Source of the DNA: Bigelowiella natans CCMP2755
Lineage: Eukaryota > Protista > Cercozoa
Length of the DNA: 64,000 nucleotides
Direction of reading: 5' to 3'
Assembly (NCBI GenBank): GCA_000320545.1
Contig: ADNK01000002.1
Location: 62,001 to 126,000, forward strand
Shown here: positions 54,532 to 64,000 of the stretch, piece by piece
How positions within the stretch are numbered: the first letter of the stretch is position 1
Layout: the number at the start of each line of letters is the position of its first letter
Translations under genes and position numbers: made by a program
The notes under the pieces: model-generated
The model's database searches: none
What the model saw: the letters and a program-made list of their open reading frames with translations, nothing else
Told to the model about the DNA's origin: nothing

Positions 54532-55454
54532 TTACACTTTGGGTGTCGCACCCTTGAGAAACACTTGTTCAGCAACTCCCAGCTTTCCGGTGGCATAAAA
54601 GAATGCATCCCTGATTGAGGGCAGAAAATTAATTTTTTGCATTGCATAGATAGACCCATAAAGTAAGTGTTATTTGTATTAGTATATGCTTTTAGCCCAA
54701 GCTTGATGCAACCTTTCGCATTCAGAGAGGGAAAAGCAATCTGTCTATACAACGACTCAAATTCAAGACACTCTATTGTAAAATTGCTTCCATTTCTCGG
54801 CGGGGCTCGATCAAATACCTCACAAATCCAGGAAGAACGATTCCTGTGTCTTTTGAGACTGAAGAATCTCCAGCCGTCTCAAGTATTCCCAAAAGTCTAT
54901 CATTAACATTATTACGGATTAAGGAATTCGGAATTTTAAACTAAATAAGCAAAGGGAACGAGCCTCAGCTTATTTTTGAGTTTGTGCAGTAGCATGCAAT
55001 CCATACTATTCGACACCACCTTAATCTAGTAGTGAATTTATACATAGATGATACTACCTTGATTCAAGCTGTATCAATGTCGTGGGAATTTTCCGCTGTT
55101 TCTCATAGGCGTCTAAAAGCAAAAATTTAGACATTTGTTAACATTGAGGAGAGATGCAGCCGAGCGTAGAATGTTGGCAGGAGGAGCCGCATAATTAGGC
55201 TTTCTCTCTTTCACTACCTAAAGCGTTTTTCACAGTCGAGAAACGGCCTTTTTTTAGATCAGCTAACCTGATATTGATAATGAACAACGGTGATACATGC
55301 TGATGGTGGTACTATCTGTATGACAATGGTGGTAATGGTGGTGATGGTGGTTATAATGATGATGTGATAATGTTTGGGTAAAAGTGAAGGAAGCAAGCTT
55401 GAGATAAATAGTAGAAAAGGTTCTGCTGCATGATAAACTTTACAACTACCACTG

Positions 55455-55488
<34 letters not shown>

Positions 55489-55769
55489 AATTCCCCCCCT
55501 GCTGTTCAATAGTAATATTTCTGTTCTATCTCTCACAACTGCTGAAAGGGGAAAGTACGTCGTCATTATACAAACATGTAATAATGAGACGATAAAGAAC
55601 TTGTTGATCAAATTATTGCGCTCTCCCCTCTACTACTATTACTACTACTACTACTACTACTACTTTGATGCCAACGAATACGCGTCTTGAATTGCCTGAT
55701 TTGCACCCTGGCCTACCACCAATCATTTTACAGAATAGTAGCAGCAGCAGCACCACCAGCATTAATGTT

Positions 55770-55808
<39 letters not shown>

Positions 55809-58800
55809 CTCTCTCTCACACACCAAATGTAATTGTTTGTTCATGCAAAATATTTGCGGTAACATGAAAAGATATATATTCATGCGAAGTTGTTACCAAG
55901 GAACGGTGGCATTGCATGTGCAGCATCTCCAATTAATACGACATTCCCTGAATGTGATTACGAACAATTCTGTTTGCTGGCTTTCCCTCTCTTTCTCTCA
56001 CTCTCTTCTCTCTTTCTCTCACTCTCTTCTCTCTTTGTCTCTCCTCATGTTTCTCTCTTTCGATAACTGAGGTTTGAAAATGGATAAATATGATGAGTGC
56101 ATATATTTAGAGATATTGCTAGCTTGATTCTCCTACTACCTGATTCAGATGTCCACGGCTGAAGAGAAGGGTAATAGTAAACTCCAACGTCAAAAAACCG
56201 ATCACATCTTTGTGCTAAGTCTACAACCTTGGTAGTCATATTATCATATGTACATGTGGTATGATTATATGAATTTGAAATGATGACGATGACACTGCTT
56301 ATGATAACGATTGCAGTGCGAAAGAGAAAAGGCTCTGTACCTATTACTATATTGGTACGATCTATCCTTGTGCGACGAGTGGTTTATGAATTATCATCAG
56401 ATTACTCGAATGTAAATGCATAATATCCTAGTACGATTACATACTTCTTGGGGATTATTCGTTTGCTTCAGACGATCAACACACATCTTCTTCACCTCAC
56501 CCGTGTCCCAATTAGAGTTCTGATTCGAGAAATTATCAAACACATACGTGCAGCAGCATGTGATTTTCAAGACCCAACTATTCACAACTTCCAGATCATA
56601 TGCATATACACCACAAATCGTAGTGCGTGCGTGCGTGAGAGCTACCGATCGATTGATGGATGGGGGCATAGCATAGTATTAACGATATGCTGCTGCTGCT
56701 GCTGCCGCTACTACTACTGCTACCTCATTGTCATTTTCGTCGCGAAATACTAATGCAATCATCTCAAATGGCTCTGAGTTTAATCCCCGGTATTGAGCAG
56801 TGAGTGCATAAGTGCCATCACCAAACCATTGATGAATCTCGCCATCCTAGGTAGTAGAAGTAGTAGTATCATAATGATATATCTCTCCATCCTAGGTAGT
56901 AGAAGTAGTAGTAGTAATAGTAGTAGTAGTAGTTGCAGCAGTAGTATCATGTTGCCATGTCCACACACGCTATAAAAGACATTACATACTTCCAGCGAAA
57001 GAAACGAAGAGGAAGATAAAGAAGAACACACACACTGCGAACACATATGCAATCCTACTCACACAGATAAATGACGACCGATCATCGGTGACCAACTAAG
57101 ACTGTTACTACTTACGTTTCCTCTGTTCCATCCCTTTGCAACACCAAATTGAATGCGGATGTTTGAGTATTCTGCTTTTCGACTGTGACGAAGAACCTGA
57201 CGATTGATTTTTTAAAAAAAGGTGTAAATTAAAGACTATGCTGAGATTAAGTTTTGGAACGATTCTGTCGGTTTGTGCTTTGGTGCTTCGGCGCTAACAT
57301 TGTATCCCCCTCTCCTCCCCATTTCCTATAATTACCACTGTTCAGCCATGACTAGCACAAAGGCATACATCCTTCTTCCAACTTCATTCACGACTACACA
57401 GAGCTAAAATACACCTCTTGCTTGACTTTCGAGCGAATACCATCTGCCCCAATCAACTGGATGATGATGAGGAGGAGGAGGAGGGGGGGGGGGAGAGTCA
57501 AACATTACTTGACTTAGCAGGTGTCTCAAGATACGGCATCAGCAGCCAGTAGCACCAGCAGTAACAAGCACCAAGCACTAATAAGCAGCAGAGGATCTTA
57601 ACCACTACCATCACAAAAAACCACACATCCGTAACGTGCAGGAGATAATACCAAATCAAAGTCCTTTGTTGTGCCGTCTTCAAAAGTGCATTTCACAGCA
57701 CCATTCTCATTGTCATTGCACTCGGAGACATGCACCAATGTCTTTCCTAGCACTATGCTTTCCTGGAAGAACAAAAATGTTTTTTCTTCTTATGTCAGTC
57801 GCTAAACATGGGGTAGAAAGCACAACACGTGTTATCGTACACCTCTCGTTTGGTGTTCTTTCCGTCACTTTATCGTTGTTCTCAATTATGATCGGTGTAG
57901 TAACTCTCAGGTAAGTTATCTTCTATGTTTACTATTACGCTAGGAATTGAATCAGCAAGAAGACGCTGCAGGCTATCCCTGTAACAGATGTTGTGCATAA
58001 TGATGATGCATGGATGAATGGTGAGATATTAATATGGCGACAAATAGTGGGTAGTAGTGATGATGACTATAATGAGTATAATTATGGGAAATGGTACTGG
58101 TGGAAATGGTCGTGGTAGTCGTGATGATGAGGTTGTTGTTGTTGTTGTTATTGATGGAGAGGATGGATACTATTAAAAGTGTCTGAATAAGGCAGTAGTG
58201 TCCTCGCATTTATAATGTTTGTGTAAGTACGATGACGACACTTTATGATGACAGAAAAAGTGGGAGGAGGCTTGTTGGGCACCTCATAATTGTAAAGACC
58301 ATCGGTGTGCCTTCAAACATGAGACTCGGTTCTTTTGAAGCTATGTCTTGAATATCAAGACTTAATAGCTTCGTACCTCTTACCTACATATTTTAGTGCA
58401 GGCACATTATTATATAGTTTTAGAATGCTGATCATGCGATATTGATTGTCAAAAGAACAACTAATATATTATTTCCAATTACTGTGCGCGATAAAATTGA
58501 CTTAACAGGCAATCCTGCCTCTTTGACTTCTTTCCCCAAACCCTGGCAAAAGAAAACACTTGTCACTGCTGTCAAAATGAGACTTCATCATCCTATTAAT
58601 TTTACCATCTTGGCAAGTACAGCAGCTCCACCGTTTAGCTGAAGCCCTCCTCCTAAATTAGGCTGCAGCGCGTTTGATCTGTAAACAATTTATGCGAATG
58701 TTGTTGCCAGATTATTTTTACTGTAAACAATTTATGCGAATGTTGTTGCTAAATTATTTTTACTGCCGCTGCATCAAAGTGTCACCCGCAACATGCGTGC

Positions 58801-59137
58801 AAAATATTAACAACCTATCGAAGACCAGAACTTCTTCCGCTCCAGTGTCTAAATATTGCAGTGCTCTTGCCATGGAGAGTCCGGCAGGCCCAGAACCGAT
58901 AATGCCAATTCTTTTTGGCACCCCAGCATGCACAGAAACATCACGTCGTCCTTCTCCACGTCGTCGTCGGCTATGACGATTTGGAATTGAGAGCGACGAA
59001 ATCTGTCTGGTTACAGATGATCGTAAGATCCTATTTTGTTTGCTTGAAGACAAAGAAATGGTGAGGAAGATGAGAAAGAGGATCATCATCGTGCCAATCC
59101 ACACATTTGATGTGGAGTGGCGACGACGGGGATCCAT
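54532..59137 (-). CDS. FAD-dependent monooxygenase (FAD_binding_3; zeaxanthin-epoxidase/aromatic-hydroxylase-like) with a bipartite plastid leader
   Basis: Leader: hydrophobic MMILFLIFLTISL plus an R/S-rich stretch. Motifs IGIIGSGPAGLSMA, GGGLQLNGG, DGIRS, VVLIGDAAHAMPPFL-GQGANQAIQDAY and YEKQRK. Last exon DAFFYATGKLGVAEQVFLKGATPKV* ends at 54532. Confidence 0.88.
58679..58762 (+). repeat. 42-bp tandem duplication covering the 3' splice site of monooxygenase intron 1
   Basis: ctgtaaacaatttatgcgaatgttgttgc(ca g/ta a)attattttta occurs twice with two mismatches. Confidence 0.9.
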
Positions 59138-59518
59138 GGATTGTGAGACAGGACTTGAGAATTTACATTACGACAATAGAATTTCAATGTCGCTGATATA
59201 AAATCCCAGTACATCATATCTGACTTCAGTGATTTGAGAAAACCTGGTGATTTCTATGGGTTTTCTCCGTCGTTTGGTGCACTGCGACAAGCAACAAAAT
59301 ATAGGAATGCTGTGACCTCAAAACCCGTATCACTCCATTCCTGCGTGTTGTGTGCTGCGACATTCTTTGCCTAAAATTGGCAATGGGAGGATGGAGGTAG
59401 TAGACAATCTCATCTCTCGAGTAATATACTAGCAATCACCCCATACCTCTAAACATGATTCTGGTCTGAAAGTTCGCTATTATTAAAGATCAAACAAAAA
59501 ACAAAAACCTCGGACTCA

Positions 59519-62261
59519 ATGGTGATGAAGAATCTTAAGCTATCAGAGCGCGAGTCACTTCGGAAAGCATGCGACCTCGCACCTGGAGAGGTTATACTGC
59601 GGATATCTTTAAAAGTTTTTTTAAAGCCACAGATCTTTCTTGTCATAACCCTTTTCACTAGGATATAAGATATTTCAGCAACATTTGGAAAGTTTCGAAA
59701 AGAGGAAAGCAAAAGAAGAGGTCGTTCTTGGTATCATCAAAGGCAGTATATACAACTTCTGAAAGGTAAAGATGGTATTATCAAATTTATTTGCTAATTA
59801 TTACTTGATAAAGAGTGTGTTTGTATACGTATTCAATGTTTGCTCCGAAATTAAGTCTCATTTTCTGACTTCATGCATTTTTTGATATGAAGGATGATTG
59901 GCGGAACTAAACTTTGCCGAAAGATCCCTCTAGAGAAAATTCAGCTAGTAAGACGATGATGTTTGAGCTATCAATTATACATAGTGGCTGGGCAGTGATT
60001 GTCAAGGCATTTTCACATATATCTCCGCTTTCTTCTTTTCTTCTTCTTCTACTCCTTCATCAGCTTCTACTACTGCTGCTACTAACACAGGTGTTCGTGT
60101 CCCTCACAACGAATGAGTTCGTCATTCATGTCAGAGAGGAGTACGACACTCGCATTTCCAGCCTCTTTGATGAAGAAGCTTTGATTGGCTATTGCGCAAA
60201 TATTGAAATCTTCTTTACCAAAATAGATTCGACACCAAGTTCTACCACGAAGACTACAGTCGTATCGTAAAAGGTTGTTATAACATGTCCTATTTTTTGT
60301 TTCTTCTTGTTCATTGCTATTGTTCTTGTCCATATGCAGTGATCCAAGATGCATACGAGGAACTTGCCAAGATGAGGGACATGTTATCGGGGGGGTTGTA
60401 TTATGCAGTAGTAGTATTAGTAGTAGCATGGGAAATAGTAGTAACAGTAGCATTAGAAGAAGAGTTGTGTTTATATGACAAGCAGGAGTCGCAGCAGTTA
60501 TAAGTGAGTAAGTTGGAGCCGGCAAATTACTGAAACTTAATCCGTTATCATTGCACTAGATGTTTTTACCAGCTTTGTTACGTCGAATACGCCAAATATC
60601 ATCACTCTGTCATCCTTAATAGCATCACCATCATTGTTGTCGTCGTCAGCTTCATAGTCCACTGTCATAGTCCTCCATTTTTCTACTTCTTCTGAATATT
60701 TTCCACCTTTTAGACCAACGGTGATGATGATCGATGTGGACGCCAGCGAAATAGACCACTTCATGGTTCGAAGGGAGGTACAAAAACAAGAGGAAGAACA
60801 ACAACGAAGAGAGGAGGAGGACCTGGAGTTTTTCTACAATTGTTACAGCCTAACCACCTTCTCTTCCCCTCTCCCTCTCCCGATGTTTTAAACAGAACAC
60901 CGAGGACGAAATTCGAGGAATCGAAGCTGCTATATACTTATACATTCATCGTCCTCGTACATTGATGATAAGGGTATCTATATTCCATATTTATATGCTG
61001 ACTTAGCTGCCGACTTTGCGACTGCTGCTACCATCTCTTCCTCCACAGTCTCTCATTCTTCCTCCCCTTACTCTTCTATTGCAAAAAATTTGACATGCTT
61101 CCCTCATTTGAACCTCCTCACATCTTTGGGCTGCTGCTGCTGTGCATCTACGGATCGCTTCTCAAGTTACCAGTAATGAAACATGCAGCAGATATCGTGT
61201 TGGATGGAGTTCGAATTCGATCAGTAGTGGCGGGAAGGTAGTATAGTAGACAAACACCACAAGTATCAGATTGCTACCATGAGGGAAATTGAAAAGAGGG
61301 GAAAGACAAGGTTTAGAGAACATTCAAGTTATTTGTAGTTGTTGAATCTCCTCTTTCTCCCTTGCTTCATGTTACACATAATACGTAGCACCGCTGATAA
61401 AGCCGGACTGAAGAAGGGCATGATTATCCAAGAAATAGAAGGAAAAGTTCTCGATTTGAAGATGAGCGGAACAAAAGTTCACGTAATGGATTATTGAGAA
61501 ATGATGAATCTGAGCTGATTAATTTATCTAAATGATCTAAACAGAGTTTTTTTGCTATAAGAATCATGAGTATTTGCACTCTTCATCATCAAATCCCGCT
61601 ATAATGTCATAATAAACATAAAAAGGCAATCCTCAACGATGCGCTGGCGTGGGCAATCAAGAAAGAATGCGATGATATCTTGAGGATAAAAGTTCACGAC
61701 ACCGTAAGATGAAGAAGAAACACAATAATTATCAAAAATTAGTCGTCCCCTGATCCACAATAAATGAAAGTGGGCTTCTTTGATCAAATATGGCAATTGA
61801 TATGTCTATTATGCATTTAAATAAGCTAGCTACCATAAGTATGTGCGACTTCTGAATATAAACACATTTTCTTCAACGGCTGAATATATTAGGACTGGGG
61901 GGGATGTAGCAGTAGCAGCCAAACAGTAGTATTACCACCACATCTTTTCAAATTAAAGGGAGGAGGAGGAAAGAGAGAAGCAGTGGTATCATCTACTGCT
62001 GATACTTCCTCTACATCGTGCTCATCGCCTGGGATCATTGCAACAACTTCAGTGCCAGCAAGTACTACGACCATGACCAAAATGACGACGACGACGACCA
62101 AGACTACAATGTCAACGATGAATTCTTATGTAGTTTCCCCTACTATGAATTCATTTTCGCAGTCTTATTCATCATGCAGTGAGATTAAGTCGTCCCCACA
62201 CCAGTCTACGACCAATGGTGCAATAGTAGGGAAAGGATCTCTACAGAAGGACCATCGCTAA
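59519..62261 (+). CDS. Protein with a myosin-I TH1-like PH domain followed by a PDZ domain and a Ser/Thr-rich tail
   Basis: Spliced FSNIWKVSKRGKQKKRSFLVSSKAVY...LCRKIPLEKIQL-VFVSLTTNEFVIHVREEYDTRISS (TH1 pattern), then DGVRIRSVVAGS-TADKAGLKKGMIIQEIEG (PDZ pattern). Last exon 61893-62261. Confidence 0.75.
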
Positions 62262-62349
62262 GACATCCCATAACTTAGTCAGATGTGCAAAGTAGATGCT
62301 CTGGAAGCATCAGGACAGTGTTGAGATTTCAGAATTGTGTACTTGTTCG

Positions 62350-64000
62350 AAAGCGTGAGTTCCTTTCTGACAAAATTCATGCCCACAAGCATCCTGTTCA
62401 TGCCCACATTTAGACACATGTTCATGCATGGCACATCTGATTGATCACCTAGTTGCCCATTCGAAGATGATCATTGCTGAACTACGCGCATGTGGTCTCT
62501 AGAGTCTAGATGATGGTCGCTGCAAGCCATTTGTGAGCACACAATCAAATTAGCCTCGTATGACAGGACCACCATTCAGGCTAGCAGGTGTGCTGTCATT
62601 TGTGTCAGGCATGCGAACATGCCTAGATGTCTTCAGGCGAGACGAAGATGCAGGTGTCTAGCTGTAGCAAGCTGGAATTGTTGATGTTTCAGTTCATCAC
62701 ATCTAGACATGCAGATGAACACATCTAGATCTGCTCTAGTGCTAGCTAGCTAGACCCATTCACTGCGCGCACTGGCGCATGCTGGCATGGCAAGATGAGG
62801 TTTCACCATCATCTCTAGATCTGTTGCAACAACAATGATCTGGACAATGTGGCACATTTTGGCACAACTAGACAACACCAGATCGAGCAGACAATGTTCA
62901 TTGCTCCATGCTTGACATCACTCACGTGAGCTGTCTAGCTGTGTCTAGCTAGCTAGTCTAGCAGCAGTGTGCGTGGTGCGCATCAATGTGTTGTGCCACA
63001 CCAATCTAGCTAGCTAGCTAGCTGGTGATTTCCATGCGAACGACTCGGGATGTCTGTCTTCGATCTGGACATCGATCTCACACTAGCTAGCTTGCGCTCG
63101 AGCGTGAGCAAAAGTGTCCAGACGTCTGCACATCTAGACATGCAAGACAAGACTCATCCAAGGACACTTCGTTGTGTGTGCATCATTGCACGATCTAGCC
63201 CGGTAGCGACAAAAACAAAAAAGTGTGACACACTCGGCACTTGTTCACCACAGAAAAGAAACGTGTCAAACAGCAAAACTCAACAAGCTAGCAAGGCTAG
63301 CTGTGGCCAGAGGGTTCACTGCCACGCCAGCACGCGCATTGCCCCATTGGCCCAACTAGCCAACTGCTGCTTCCATCTTGCTTGCCAGCTTGCTTGCTTG
63401 GCTCAGTCTGGCAGTCTCGGTGCTGTGAAGCTCCAGAGCTGTTTTTGTTGTCGCTTTTGACCACATGCTATGTGTCATCCAATGAACGAACGCTTCCCCC
63501 CTTGTGAGCGCCTGATGTGCGCTCCCTCCTCGAACCTGGGAATGTTTGACATCGAACATTGCGACAACTTCGCACTGCCAGACTGGCACAGTCTAGCAGT
63601 CGCTGAGTGTGCATGTGTGCGTGCACGCAGCACCACTCTGAAACTCTGGAACAAACGTTCACGTCTAGACGTGCACGATGCAAGTGAACAATGAAACAAT
63701 GAAACAATGACAATGAACCTGGAAACGTGAACAAACGTGAACGAACGAACGGGTGAATGCCAGAGTGAATGAACAAGTGAACAATGAACAATGAACAATG
63801 AACAATGATGATGAACTACATTTCCAAAATGCAACAAGACATTTGCAGTGCACGAAACGCAGTGCCTCGAGCCAAACCTGGCGAGGTCCAATTTTGGGCA
63901 TGTCATGACGCCATGACAATGCTGCAACACTCGCTACGAACGCGTGTTGGCTCATGCATGAAGTGAAACAAAAAGGAACCAAGAATGGCATTCTAGCCAC
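62350..64000. other. TpA-depleted, CTAG-retaining tract 4 (runs off the window end)
   Basis: 62670-64000 has four non-CTAG TA (~63204, 63469, 63817, 63935) and about 25 CTAG. Confidence 0.9.
63781..63870 (+). repeat. Dispersed repeat family A, copy 2
   Basis: Aligns with 11718-11814 and is preceded by an (atgaaca)n 7-mer array. Confidence 0.8.

Noticed and set aside
63685-63810. CRISPR-like or telomeric array in the (atgaaca)n region
   Set aside because: Short degenerate 7-8 bp tandem units with no unique spacers and no telomere motif.
1-64000. tRNA, rRNA, snRNA genes and intact transposase or reverse transcriptase ORFs
   Set aside because: None recognised by eye; tRNAscan-SE, Infernal and RepeatModeler runs would be needed to exclude them.

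Overview
Gene-dense, intron-rich eukaryotic nuclear DNA. It is probably from a secondary-plastid protist: one gene has a signal peptide plus Arg/Ser-rich transit peptide of chlorarachniophyte type, which is an inference. Splicing GT-AG exons by hand gives about 14 genes. In order: the 3' end of a kanadaptin-like gene, two hypothetical membrane proteins, an intact CAMK-type kinase, a ~2,200-aa RhoGAP-like/MyTH4/PH protein, a ricin-lectin/GT25/Tudor-like fusion, a doubtful small ORF, VPS52, SEC8, a KxDL (KXD1-like) protein, DCP1, LSM5, a plastid-targeted FAD monooxygenase and a TH1-like/PDZ protein. Introns in the interior of long genes are full of microsatellites. The most striking signal is non-coding: four 1.3-2.1 kb intergenic tracts (~7.0-8.5, 10.7-12.2, 26.8-28.95 and 62.4-64 kb) from which TpA has been almost erased except inside CTAG. 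Copies of two dispersed repeats show the same ancestral TA read as TG in one copy and CA in another. This points to a regional TpA->TpG/CpA hypermutation or base-modification system, the mirror image of fungal RIP. Weaker versions sit in all four gaps between convergent gene ends. Exon boundaries and dinucleotide counts were done by eye and need computational confirmation.
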